From an uncultured cyanobacterium (GTDB lineage Bacteria; Cyanobacteriota; Cyanobacteriia; PCC-9006; JAAUQQ01), in NCBI GenBank assembly GCA_963718615.1, contig OY970368.1, forward strand, positions 1,824,001-1,888,000: DNA of 64,000 nucleotides. The letters run 5' to 3'. The translations under genes and the position numbers were made by a program. This document shows, one piece after another, positions 9,186 to 19,252 of this stretch (position 1 is the stretch's first letter; each line of letters begins with the position of its first letter). The notes below the pieces were generated by a model. That model worked only from the letters and a program-made list of their open reading frames with translations. It did no database searches and had not been told where the DNA came from.

Positions 9186-10327
9186 CTCAGTACAGGACAA
9201 AAAGCTTGAAAAATAGATGAGGGTGGGGTTTCATCAGAATTACCACAGTTCCAAGAAAACCCATGTCAAACTATAGCGAATTGAGAAAAAGTCTCCAAGC
9301 CCATCTGCCGTGGCACAAAGCGAGACTGTCATTCCTGGCATTGTTCCTGCTAGCTCTTATCAAAGTCAAAACGGTCAAGCTGAGTGAACTGGCTCTAGGG
9401 TTCGGGGGATTTGCCTTGAGTGAGTCCAACTACAAACGACTGCAAAGATTCTTTCGAGGGTTTGACATCGACTATCACGAGATTGCGCAAGTGGTGGTGA
9501 ATTGGATGCAAATCCCTCAGCCGTGGGTGTTGAGCGTAGATCGAACGACCTGGGAATTTGGTAGCCACTGCTACAACATCTTGACGGTGGGGATTGTGCA
9601 TGAGGGAGTCGCTTTTCCCGTGCTGTGGTGGATGCTCAAGAAGAAGGGGAATTCCAATAGCGATGAGCGCATGCGGCTGATAGAGGAACTGTGCCAACTC
9701 TTCCCCGATGCCAAGATTCGCTGTTTGTGTGGCGATCGTGAGTTTATTGGCCAAGGCTGGGTGCGCTATCTGCTCTTGGAGCCTGCCATGCCCTTCCGAT
9801 TGAGGATTCGTGCTTCAGATAAGATTGAACGTAATGGGGTCTCCCTTTCAGCCAAAGTCGTCTTTGCCCACTTGCAACCGGGGGAACGCCAACGCTTGCA
9901 GGGGGCTTCTCGGGTGTGGGGATTGACCGTTGCAGTGGAAGCGCTGCGCTTTGATGATGGCAAGCTTTTAGTCGTCATTGCCCCTCCCCAGGATGAGAAC
10001 CTGATTGCCGACTACGCTTTGAGGTGGGGCATTGAAACCCTCTTTGGCATTTTCAAAACTCGGGGCTTTTGCCTAGAGTCCACTCACTTCACCGAAGCAG
10101 AGCGCTTGCGGAAGCTCTTTGCCCTTCTGACCTTAGCTCTATGCTGGTCGATGAAAACCGGATTGTTTCTACATCAGATTCAACCCATTTCCATCAAAAA
10201 TCATGGTCGCAAAGCCAAGAGCATTTTTCGCTTGGGCTTTGACCATCTTCGCCGCATCCTTCTCAATCCTTCTCCCCTCTATGAAGATGACTTCCGTCAA
10301 GCACTACAACTTTTGTCCTGTACTTAG
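9186..10327 (+). mobile_element. IS4-family insertion sequence
   Basis: Perfect 14-bp terminal inverted repeats AGTACAGGACAAAA (9189-9202) and TTTTGTCCTGTACT (10311-10324) bracket the transposase; no target-site duplication seen. Confidence 0.9.
9263..10327 (+). CDS. IS4-family DDE transposase, intact ORF
   Basis: VDRT.W, GDREF.G and Y..RW.IE..F...K (YREK) motifs; the stop codon lies in the right end. Confidence 0.92.
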   Translation: MSNYSELRKSLQAHLPWHKARLSFLALFLLALIKVKTVKLSELALGFGGFALSESNYKRLQRFFRGFDIDYHEIAQVVVNWMQIPQPWVLSVDRTTWEFGSHCYNILTVGIVHEGVAFPVLWWMLKKKGNSNSDERMRLIEELCQLFPDAKIRCLCGDREFIGQGWVRYLLLEPAMPFRLRIRASDKIERNGVSLSAKVVFAHLQPGERQRLQGASRVWGLTVAVEALRFDDGKLLVVIAPPQDENLIADYALRWGIETLFGIFKTRGFCLESTHFTEAERLRKLFALLTLALCWSMKTGLFLHQIQPISIKNHGRKAKSIFRLGFDHLRRILLNPSPLYEDDFRQALQLLSCT

Positions 10328-10405
10328 GTGTCCAGCAAGTATTTTGTCCTTAAACCTGCAATACCGTTTCCTTAGGGTCTCCACTCATCGATTTTAGTTT
10401 TGGAC

Positions 10406-12424
10406 TCAACTCAATGAGGCCGAGTGCGCAACGGCACTGTGACTGATCGCACTGGTACTGGAGGAGGCAGCGAGACCGGGAATCTGAAGTCCGGGTAGGG
10501 TATTCAAAGCTTCATTGCTCAGGGGGGTACCGCCATATTTGCTATACATGCGGGCCAAGGCCCCCGTAAAGGCAGCGTTGTAGTCGATCGCCGTTTCATT
10601 CCCCCGATAATCCAGCCGACTATCCTGATAGGCCCCATCCTGGGGAGCCGTGGGTCCACCCACCAAGGCCCCATACAAAATCTGTGTATTCGCCGCTGGA
10701 TGGTCTAAATCCTCAATCCGCGTCAGCCCCGAGGCCCCACGATGGTGAATCCGTTCGGGAAAAACCTCGCCAAATCCGACCATATAGCTGATGCCCTGGG
10801 GATTGTCACCCAGAATGTAATCGATTTGGCTTTCGGCAAATTGACTGTAGGCCCCGTTGGGGGTGTCCCAGCGATCGCCATAAATCCCCGCCAAAAACGC
10901 CGTATTCGCACTGTACCGCAACGAGCCCCAGCCATTGAGCCAAGCCAATCCGCCCGGCGTGTACGCCACCGCACTTCCCGGTAACCAGCCATCGAGCCAA
11001 CCTTCCACCTCTTCTCGATAAACCGTCGATTGGGTTTCCTCCGCGAGTAAAATCGCTGCCGCCTGGGATTTGTCGCCCCAGGACAAGGTCCAACCTTGGT
11101 TAATGCCGGGGTAATAATCCACGGCCTTTTGCAGATAGATCTGATCGCTAACCCCCTGGGTATCCAAAGCCCGGTGAATCCAGGCCGCTCCCCAAGCTAA
11201 TTCATCGGCATAGCCATCCCGTGAGCGGTAATAGGTATTAATTTCGGCGATGCCTTCGGATTCGCCATAGCGACCGGGATAGGTTTCGGCAAAGGCATAG
11301 AGTTGCATCGCATGGGTCAGCAGTTTGTCGGCATAGGCCGGATCCGTAGGCCGAAACACCAGCGAAGCGGCAGCCAGCGCCGCCGCTGTTTCCCCTGCAA
11401 TTTCTGATCCCGGATGTTCCGCGTCAATCCGGTAGGCCGGTCGCACCATCGTTAGGGTTTCCGCCGCGTTCCAAACGTTGTGGTCCAGCTCAACGTCGCC
11501 CACTTGCACCCAAAGCGCCTGGGTTTTTCCGTTCTCCACAACATGGGTCTTGAGCAACCAGTCCGTTCCCCAGCGGATGGCGGCGAGGGCTTCGTCCAGT
11601 TGACCCGATTGTTGATAACCGTCGTGATATTCCAAGACGCCCCAGCTAAGCAACGTCATCGCTGCTGCCGTCGGGAAGGTGAATTTGAGATGGTCTCCGG
11701 CGTCGTAGTAGCCACCGCTGAGATCGAGCCCCACGCTGGCACCATCGGCTAGGGCAGAGTCCCCGCGCCAAGCAATGCGGTTGTCGTCAGGTAGGGCACC
11801 GGAGCGCTGAGCTTCGTAGAAGAGGAAGGATTTTTGCAGGGCTTCACCGTAGTTGAGAGGGGGAGATGGGGTGGGGGGAATCGGGGGTGAGGGGGATGGG
11901 GTGGGGGGTGATGGGGTGGGATTAGGTAAGAAGGCGGGTGGGGTGGGAGGGATTGGGGAAATTTCGGGCGAAGTCGTCTCCATTTCGGGGGGAAATTGTT
12001 CAGGCGGGGCGGGCGGGGCGATCGCAACCCCAGGACTAACCCCAGAACGACTGGTTGGCTGAACAACCGATGGACCGATTACGGAACGGCTTAAAGTCTC
12101 AGTGCGGAGGGATGGGAAAGAAGCTGGATGCCCTATTGGATTTCCTAGGTTTGGCGTTGTGCCAGGGGCAGAGCCGTTCGGCGGCACTTGGTCTTCGTTC
12201 GATCGCGCCTGGGTCGGATAGTTCAATGGGTTAGCAGGAGCTGGGGACAGGGCGTTGGCTTCGGCGGTTTCTCCAGACAATTTCCCAGACAATTCCCAGG
12301 TAAAATTTAGCGTGGTGGGCGTAACCAAACTATCAGGCGTGATCGGGTCGGTTTTTTGCACATAGGGCGCTGAAAACCCGTCGTTTTTATAGAGATCGGT
12401 CGTGCTCTGAATGGACTGTCCCAC
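10406..12424 (-). CDS. Glycoside hydrolase family 9 endoglucanase with a Pro-rich N-terminal extension
   Basis: YGEALQKSFLFYEAQRSG, GGYYDAGD, HHRG, GALVGGP, NETAIDYNA. Confidence 0.92.
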   Translation of the reverse strand: MGQSIQSTTDLYKNDGFSAPYVQKTDPITPDSLVTPTTLNFTWELSGKLSGETAEANALSPAPANPLNYPTQARSNEDQVPPNGSAPGTTPNLGNPIGHPASFPSLRTETLSRSVIGPSVVQPTSRSGVSPGVAIAPPAPPEQFPPEMETTSPEISPIPPTPPAFLPNPTPSPPTPSPSPPIPPTPSPPLNYGEALQKSFLFYEAQRSGALPDDNRIAWRGDSALADGASVGLDLSGGYYDAGDHLKFTFPTAAAMTLLSWGVLEYHDGYQQSGQLDEALAAIRWGTDWLLKTHVVENGKTQALWVQVGDVELDHNVWNAAETLTMVRPAYRIDAEHPGSEIAGETAAALAAASLVFRPTDPAYADKLLTHAMQLYAFAETYPGRYGESEGIAEINTYYRSRDGYADELAWGAAWIHRALDTQGVSDQIYLQKAVDYYPGINQGWTLSWGDKSQAAAILLAEETQSTVYREEVEGWLDGWLPGSAVAYTPGGLAWLNGWGSLRYSANTAFLAGIYGDRWDTPNGAYSQFAESQIDYILGDNPQGISYMVGFGEVFPERIHHRGASGLTRIEDLDHPAANTQILYGALVGGPTAPQDGAYQDSRLDYRGNETAIDYNAAFTGALARMYSKYGGTPLSNEALNTLPGLQIPGLAASSSTSAISHSAVAHSASLS

Positions 12425-13007
12425 GGTATTTTTCGCTTGTCAGGGGCTGCGATCGCGCCCTGCAACCCTGACTCATCAGGAATCGCGATCGCCAAAATCG
12501 ACAAGAGAAGCTGGGCTGGAAAATAGACTTTGCCAACCAACAAAGGATTAAGAACTGAATTTTCTGGAGTTTCTCTGGAGTTTTTCTGGAAGAGAGAAGA
12601 GGGAGGATGGCTGCGATCGCATCCTCCCCTAGCCATGAGAAGCGGCTGTGAAAACAACAGAAAAGCTGCGCGTCCTCTAGACTTTCATGATGATTTAATT
12701 TATAGCAACTTGTTCCTCTACTGTCACTTGATAATCCTACGGAACTTAAAAGCTCATTTTGTGAATTTTGAGAACTTCAGGGTTTATCCGTGTTACACAA
12801 ATCACCAGATAAAATAGATTTTTGTTTTTTCGATAGCTTGTTTTTAGGAAGAAAAAGCTTCTACTTAAAAGGAAATAAAGCCTTTCATTGGTAATTCTAT
12901 AAAAAATATTCTAACTTTAAAAACGGTACGCTTTTGATCTGCTAGGACCTATTTTGGCAATCGCTTATTTTTTTAGCACTGTGTAAACTTATGCCAATTT
13001 TTCCTAT

Positions 13008-13035
13008 AAAAAAGGGGAGGTCTCATGGCCTCCCC
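13008..13035 (-). terminator. Intrinsic terminator after the larger GH9 gene
   Basis: Minus strand reads GGGGAGG-loop-CCTCCCC followed by TTTTTT. Confidence 0.75.
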
Positions 13036-13041
13036 ATAGGA

Positions 13042-15939
13042 CTAAATTCCCAAAAGATCAACTCCCACCAGGGCGTCGAGTTGGCGATCGCTCAACGGAT
13101 TTCCCCCAAACTGTTCATACATACGGGCCAAGCTGCCAGTAAAGGCCGCGTTATAGTCTAGGGAAACTTCGTTGGTCACGTAGTTGCTGCGCAAGTCCTC
13201 GTAAGCATAGTCATTGGCAGCCTGGGGACCCCCCACCAGCGCCCCGTACAAAATATGGGCATTGGGCTGATTATTGCGATAGTTGTTGTAGCTCGTCAGC
13301 CCCGATGCGCCCCGGTGGTGGGGCTGAAGCGGAGAATTGTTGCCAAAGCCAACCATGTAGCTAGAATTGCGGGGATTGTCGCCCAAAATATAGTCAATTT
13401 GGTCCTCGGCAAAGTCCGTATAGCGTCCCTGGGGATCGGTAACCGTGTCACCATAAATTCCCGCCAAAAACGCCGTATTGGCGCTGTAGCGGAGCGAACC
13501 CCATTCACTGAGCCAAGCCAAACCTCCCGCCGTCCGCTGAATTTGGCCGCCCGGTTGCCAGTTGTTGAGCCAAGTTTCTACATCCGTGCGATAGCGATCG
13601 CGGTTGGTTTCCTGGGCTAGCAAGATTGCCGCGCCATAATTTTTATCACTCCAAGACTGCGTCCAGGCGGCGGACACGCCGGTATAGGAGGCTTCGGCTT
13701 TCGCTAGGTAATTTGTTTCTTGAATTCCTTTGGCTTCTAGAGCTTCGTGGAGCCAAACCGCGCCCCAGGTGAGCTCGTCTTCGTAGCCATTCCAGGAGCG
13801 GTAGAATAGATCGGCATCGGCGATCGCATCGGAATATTTCCCCCGATAGGTATCCGCAAAGTCATAGAGCTGAATGGCATGGGTCAGGAGCTTATCAGCA
13901 TAGGCAACATCCGTGGGTCGGAAAATAATCGAAGCCGAGGCCAACGCCGCTGCCGCTTCTGCTGCCATGTCTGAGCCGGGATTTTGGCGATCGATTTTGT
14001 AGGAAGGCCGCGCCATGGTCATGGTTTCCGGCGGTCCCCAAAGGGCGTGGTCGATTTCGCCGTTGCCCACCTGAGCCCAAAATTCCTTGGTTCCTTGGGC
14101 ATCGGTCACATGGGCTTTGAGCAACCAATCGGTCCCCCAGCGAATGGCGTCGAGTGCCTCGTCCAGCTGGCCCGAGCGGCTGTATCCGTCGCGATATTCT
14201 GCCACGCCCCAGCTCAGTAGGGTCATGGCGCTGGCCATGGGGAAGGCATATTTGACCAAATCCCCCGCATCGTAGTAGCCGCCGCTGAGATCACGCCCCA
14301 CATCGCGACCGTCATTCAGAGCCGAATCTCTCCGCCAGTCGATCCGGTTGGTGTTGGGCAAATCACCCGAGCGCTGGGCTTCGTAGAACAGGAAGGATTT
14401 TTGCAGGGCTTCGCCATAGTTGAATTTGGGGGCGGGCAAATTGACGCTGAACTGTCCCAGAGTCTTCGCCGCTGCAAAGTTGCCGTTGATGTCCTTGATC
14501 TGACTGGCTAGGAGTCCAATGGTGTAGGTACCATTGTCACTGCTTTCCCAGGCTCCCCCCGGTGCCGAACTGAGCTCATAGGTGACAGTACGAGGACTGC
14601 CGTTGCCAGAAGCATTAGTGCCGATAAATTTGGCCAGTTGGGAAAAGCCGTTCGGCCCCGTCACGCGGACATCCCCGGTCCCGAAGCTAGAGGCATCAAC
14701 CCCAGTACTGTCGCTGTAGGTGACCGTAAATTGATAGGGACTGGTAGGGGTAGTGGTGAGATTGGCTGCGGTCAGCGTAGAACTGGGTGGGGTTGTATCT
14801 ACGGGTGGGGGGACCGGAATATTGACGGTGAAACTCCCCAGCACTTTGCCAACGGCGGCATTGCCACTCTCGTCTTTGACTTGGTTGGAGACTAAGGCCA
14901 GGTTGTAGGTGCCATTATCCCCATGCTCCCAATTGCCACCGGGGGCTGCGAATTGATACGTCGCGGTGCGGGGGCTGCCGTTGCTGGAGCTATTGATGCT
15001 GACGAAGGTGGCCAGTTGGGAAAAGCCATTGGGACCCGTGACGCGGATGTCGTTGTTGTCGAGACTGGTGAGGGCGATCGCCTGATCGTCCCCATAGGTC
15101 ACCGTAAATTGATAGGGCTGACTGCCAGCGGCACTCAGATTGGCCACAGTCCCCAGGGTTGCAGTGGGGGGCGTCGTATCGGGTGGGGGCAGGGCGGGGA
15201 GATTGACGCTAAATTGGCCCAGGGTTTTTGCCGTGGCGGCATTCCCGCTCACATCCTTGACCTGATTCGCCAGCAGCGCAATGCTGTAAGTCCCATTGTC
15301 CGTGGAATCCCACCCACCACCGGGAGCGGAGCTTAGCTCATAGGTGGCCGTGCGCTTGCTACCATTACCAGCGGTATCGGTCCCTATAAACTTAGCCAGT
15401 TGGGAAAATCCGTTAGGCCCTGTTACTTGCACATCACCTGTTCCCAGGGTCGTCACATCCAGACTGTCGTTGTCGCTGTAGGTAACCGTAAAGCGATAGG
15501 GTGAGGTTGGAACCCCATTGAGATTGGCCGCCACTGCTAAACTGGCCGTGGGTCGCGTTGTATCCGGTGTGGGCAGTGGCCCTAGGGGTTCGCCATTGAG
15601 CACATAGCCATAGGGCTCGGCCCCCTGTTGTAGCGGAGAATAAACATTAAAATTAATCGCTCTCGATCCATTGGCGGGTACAGTGCGCGTCCACCAAACA
15701 TCCTTAATAACGTACTGATAGGCTGGCCCTGCGGGCGTGTTAATCGCAGTTTCCGAGACAACTTGTGCGCCCCAAAACAGCCCAATTTTGAAGGGGGAAA
15801 TAAATTCTAGTTCCCAGCCATTTAAGGGTTGAGGTTTTGCATTTTCAAAGGTAAGAACACCCGTAAAGGCCCAACCCCAGTTGTAGGCGATCGCAAAATC
15901 CACCAGAGGCGTCGATGCCGCAGTCGTAGTACTACTCAT
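13042..15939 (-). CDS. Modular GH9 endoglucanase: CBM2-like domain, three Ig-like repeats, GH9 domain
   Basis: Trp-rich N-terminal module (NWGWAFTG..LNGWELEF..W); three ~127-aa repeats; DAGD and NEVSLDYNA catalytic motifs. Confidence 0.92.
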   Translation of the reverse strand: MSSTTTAASTPLVDFAIAYNWGWAFTGVLTFENAKPQPLNGWELEFISPFKIGLFWGAQVVSETAINTPAGPAYQYVIKDVWWTRTVPANGSRAINFNVYSPLQQGAEPYGYVLNGEPLGPLPTPDTTRPTASLAVAANLNGVPTSPYRFTVTYSDNDSLDVTTLGTGDVQVTGPNGFSQLAKFIGTDTAGNGSKRTATYELSSAPGGGWDSTDNGTYSIALLANQVKDVSGNAATAKTLGQFSVNLPALPPPDTTPPTATLGTVANLSAAGSQPYQFTVTYGDDQAIALTSLDNNDIRVTGPNGFSQLATFVSINSSSNGSPRTATYQFAAPGGNWEHGDNGTYNLALVSNQVKDESGNAAVGKVLGSFTVNIPVPPPVDTTPPSSTLTAANLTTTPTSPYQFTVTYSDSTGVDASSFGTGDVRVTGPNGFSQLAKFIGTNASGNGSPRTVTYELSSAPGGAWESSDNGTYTIGLLASQIKDINGNFAAAKTLGQFSVNLPAPKFNYGEALQKSFLFYEAQRSGDLPNTNRIDWRRDSALNDGRDVGRDLSGGYYDAGDLVKYAFPMASAMTLLSWGVAEYRDGYSRSGQLDEALDAIRWGTDWLLKAHVTDAQGTKEFWAQVGNGEIDHALWGPPETMTMARPSYKIDRQNPGSDMAAEAAAALASASIIFRPTDVAYADKLLTHAIQLYDFADTYRGKYSDAIADADLFYRSWNGYEDELTWGAVWLHEALEAKGIQETNYLAKAEASYTGVSAAWTQSWSDKNYGAAILLAQETNRDRYRTDVETWLNNWQPGGQIQRTAGGLAWLSEWGSLRYSANTAFLAGIYGDTVTDPQGRYTDFAEDQIDYILGDNPRNSSYMVGFGNNSPLQPHHRGASGLTSYNNYRNNQPNAHILYGALVGGPQAANDYAYEDLRSNYVTNEVSLDYNAAFTGSLARMYEQFGGNPLSDRQLDALVGVDLLGI
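14434..15564 (-). repeat. Three tandem ~127-aa intragenic repeats
   Basis: DTT.P....PYQFTVTYSD...VTGPNGFSQLA...GNGS.RT.TY...APGG.W...DNGTY occurs three times. Confidence 0.9.
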
Positions 15940-16859
15940 TCAAGTTTTGTGTCAAGTCATAATGCCGACCCCAAGCCATCGAAGCAATTCCAGAGGAAAC
16001 TGACTTCGCAATGACCTGAGTCTCGACTGTCTATAAATAAAAGAAAGAAAATCCTGAGTGGCGGTTGACTTCAAAGAACTTTGAAGCAGGACAACTCAGT
16101 GCAAACCCAGAACTGGCAGAATGCACGAAATACAGGAATAGGAAGACGACACCTCGGCAGGGGGCAATCCAAAGCCATCAATGCGATGTCCTGACTCAGT
16201 CACCCGACTCTGATCGAACTTGCAAATATCAAACCTGCAAATAGAACTTGATGAAGCTGCTGCTAAAAATCACTGATGCGGCAATAATCAGTCTGAACTA
16301 TTGCTAACTCAGTAAATAGACTCAGGAGAAATGTAAAAAATTTCCTGACAGCTTCATCCTAGCGAAACCCTATGGGGGCCTGTCACTGGCATCAATACGG
16401 AAACAGCAGAGATTCTTTACTTACAAGATACACGGAGAGAACGATCTATACTTTACGCATTTTGGCTAAACTAACAGAGTTGCGTAAAAAGCGCAAAAAG
16501 TTGTTGGCTAGGAAGAGGGAATATACGGGTTTTTTTGATTGCTCTATAAAAACTGCTTCATCTTCAGTTAAAAATTTAGCCCCAAACCTCCGGGCTTGAG
16601 GGGAACCAAAACAATTCTCTCATAAGTAAAAAATCCTCAGTGAAAAAACTGATCTGTGGATTGATTTAGATGGGTTCCCTAAGGCCAACGGGAGCGTTAC
16701 AACGTGCTCTTGAGATGGGAATTGGGTAAATTGAGACTAGAGGAACCTTCGATTCCCTCTCCTGCTGCCTAGCGATATTCCCGAATCCTTGGGAGACCGA
16801 TAGAGCGGTGGGGACCTGTGCAAGGGTCTATTTATCGTGAATCTAGTTGGGTCAGCAAT

Positions 16860-18149
16860 ATGCCAGGTTCATCCCCTCCTCCCTCCAGCGCAAGTCCGTC
16901 AGTAGAAGGCAAACAGTTTCCCATTATTCAGACACTGTCAGAACAAATCCAGAAAGCAACCCAATCGCAGCTCTCCGGCAGTCTAAACTTTGACACGGTC
17001 CATGTGCCTCGAATGCACCTCTTTTTTGTGGTGGGCCGCCTGATCTGGGCTAGTGGGGGCTGCAATCGTTTTCGTCGCTGGCGACGGTTGCTCAATCAGT
17101 ATTGTCCCGAGGCGTTTTCTCTGATTCCGACCCTTTCCCTCAAAACCAACACCCCCTATTGGGAATATGAAATTCTGGGGCGATTGATGGAAGTGGGATG
17201 TCTCAGTCGGGAGGGGGCGCGATCGCTCATCCGCGACAACATCGTTGAAGTCCTCTTTGACATCGTTCAATCCTCCAAGCTGATTGAGCGATTTAGCCGC
17301 ACAGAAAGCAATTTCCTCAGTCCCCAAGACATCATCACGCTCATTCCTCTGGAAGAACTGTTTACTCCCCTCGAAACCCAATGGCAAGCCTGGTGCGATG
17401 CGCGGCTGGCCCAATATTCTCCTAACCTAGCTCCTGTACTGGAACAACCGCTCTTACTCAAGGCTCAAGTCTCAAAACCCACCTATGAGCGTCTCAGCCA
17501 ACTACTACAGGGACAATATTCGTTACGAGAGCTCGCGGCCCTCACCCAGCAAAATCTCGTGGTCCTGAGTAATAGCCTGATTGCCTACGAACAGCAGGGG
17601 TTGTTGCAGCTCCGAGTGATTGCGGATCTGGCGGGTCACAATCCTACAATGCAACGAGAAGCGACAACACCTGCTCCGGCAAAAGTCTCTACATCTCAGA
17701 TCCTACAGTCCAAAGCAAACCGCTCCCCATTAACCCGCTCAAAAGTAAGCGCCTCAAACACAAGTTCCTCTAAGCAGGTGCTGTGTGTGGATGACAGCTT
17801 GATGATTTGTGAGCAAATGGAGAAAATTATCAACGGCGCTGGATATCGCTACATTGGGATTCAGGACTCAGTACAGGCCCTGCAAGTCATTATTGAAGAA
17901 AAGCCAGATTTGGTTTTTGTGGATTTAATCATGCCGGTGATTGGGGGATACGAACTCTGCGGTCAGATTCGGCGCGTTTCTGATCTCAAGGATATTCCGC
18001 TGATTATTTTGACCAGCAGCGATACGATGCTGGACCGCGTGCGGGGCAAATTGGTTGGAGCCAATGGGTATCTGACCAAACCGGTTCCAGCAGAGGAGGT
18101 CCTGGCAACCCTGACGCGCTGGGTTCCCTTGGAGAAGGCTAGTCATTGA
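16860..18149 (+). CDS. PatA-family response regulator (PATAN-like N-terminal domain plus receiver)
   Basis: GRLIWASGG..RFRRWRR N-domain; C-terminal receiver VDDS...VDLIMP...GANGYLTKP. Confidence 0.85.
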   Translation: MPGSSPPPSSASPSVEGKQFPIIQTLSEQIQKATQSQLSGSLNFDTVHVPRMHLFFVVGRLIWASGGCNRFRRWRRLLNQYCPEAFSLIPTLSLKTNTPYWEYEILGRLMEVGCLSREGARSLIRDNIVEVLFDIVQSSKLIERFSRTESNFLSPQDIITLIPLEELFTPLETQWQAWCDARLAQYSPNLAPVLEQPLLLKAQVSKPTYERLSQLLQGQYSLRELAALTQQNLVVLSNSLIAYEQQGLLQLRVIADLAGHNPTMQREATTPAPAKVSTSQILQSKANRSPLTRSKVSASNTSSSKQVLCVDDSLMICEQMEKIINGAGYRYIGIQDSVQALQVIIEEKPDLVFVDLIMPVIGGYELCGQIRRVSDLKDIPLIILTSSDTMLDRVRGKLVGANGYLTKPVPAEEVLATLTRWVPLEKASH

Positions 18150-18297
18150 TTTGCCAGGGGTTGGCTCTTGATTTTTCATTGAAAAGTCTAGCTACCGAGA
18201 GAATTATCTTGAACTCGGCTCTATGAAGCTTTACTCTGGGAGCTAGAAATCCTATCCCCCCTTGGGGGATTCTTTAAGGAATAATTAAGCGAACGTC

Positions 18298-18771
18298 ATG
18301 CTGAAAACGATTGCAACGCTGATTCAGAATTTGTCTCCCGCTGAAGCGGTCCAGGCCCACTGCGATGGCCCCTGTGGTGTCTATGATCCCGCTTCTGCCC
18401 GGATCACAGCGGAGGCTGTTTTGTCGATGACGAAGAAGATCCTAGCGCTAGAAGCGCCTGCGGCAGGGGATGCGGCTGCGAAGGTTGCCTACGAAAACAC
18501 GTTGTCTCGCTATATTGCGATTAAAGAAGAGCAGGCTCAAAAGACCAAGGAAGATTTGCTGATCCTTTGGACGGACTACTTCAAACCGGTGCATCTGGAG
18601 AAGTACCCGGATCTGCATGATACGTTCTGGAAGGCTGCAAAGCTCTGCTCGGCTTGTAAGGTCGAAGTCAGTCAGCAGCATGCGGAGGAGCTGATGGCGG
18701 CTGTGGAGAACATCCACAAGATCTTCTGGGCCACCAAGGACCGCGATGTGGTTTTTGTGAAGGCAAGCTAA
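18298..18771 (+). CDS. sodN: Nickel superoxide dismutase precursor
   Basis: Ni-hook HCDGPCGVYDP after a 20-aa presequence; LWTDYFK. Confidence 0.97.
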   Translation: MLKTIATLIQNLSPAEAVQAHCDGPCGVYDPASARITAEAVLSMTKKILALEAPAAGDAAAKVAYENTLSRYIAIKEEQAQKTKEDLLILWTDYFKPVHLEKYPDLHDTFWKAAKLCSACKVEVSQQHAEELMAAVENIHKIFWATKDRDVVFVKAS

Positions 18772-18783
18772 TCTAGCCGAGCC

Positions 18784-18850
18784 GTAGGTTGAGTATTGGA
18801 GTGAAGCGAAACCCAACAGCTTTGGCCTTAGGCCATGGTTTGTTGGGTTT
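18784..18850. repeat. GTAG-initiated REP-like palindromic repeat (family A)
   Basis: GTAGGTTG...AGCGAAACCCAACA with an inverted TGTTGGGTTT; related copy at 60946-60977. Confidence 0.55.
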
Positions 18851-18900
18851 TATGCTGCGGATCAAGGTGGGTCTGTTGGGTGATGAGGTGATGGAGTGTG

Positions 18901-19245
18901 ATGGGGTTGCCGGATTTGACGTTGCGAGAATTTGGGTGGTGGGTTTTGCGACGGCGATCGCGTTTCCGGGTCACGGGAAATTCTATGCTGCCCTTGTTAA
19001 AGGCGAATGATGAGGTCTTGATTGATCCCTGCGCCTATGGTGAGCGATCGCCGCAAGTGGGGGATCTGGTGGTGGCGATTCATCCCCGGCAGCCGGGGCT
19101 CAAGATCATCAAGCGGGTGGTGCAGGTGGAGGGCGATCGCTGTTTTCTCTTGGGTGAAAATCTTGCTGAAAGCACCGATAGTCGTAGTTTTGGCTGGATA
19201 AAACAAGATTTACTTCAGGGCAAGGTAGTCTGTCGGTTTGGTTAA
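18901..19245 (+). CDS. sodX: Nickel-type SOD maturation protease
   Basis: S26-like GNSM.P.L, IIKRV and GEN...STDSR.FG; directly downstream of sodN. Confidence 0.92.
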   Translation: MGLPDLTLREFGWWVLRRRSRFRVTGNSMLPLLKANDEVLIDPCAYGERSPQVGDLVVAIHPRQPGLKIIKRVVQVEGDRCFLLGENLAESTDSRSFGWIKQDLLQGKVVCRFG

Positions 19246-19252
19246 GTCGTGG

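Noticed and set aside
9186-10327. Composite transposon formed by IS4 and the upstream IS remnants
   Set aside because: The flanking elements belong to different families and no shared target duplication is visible.
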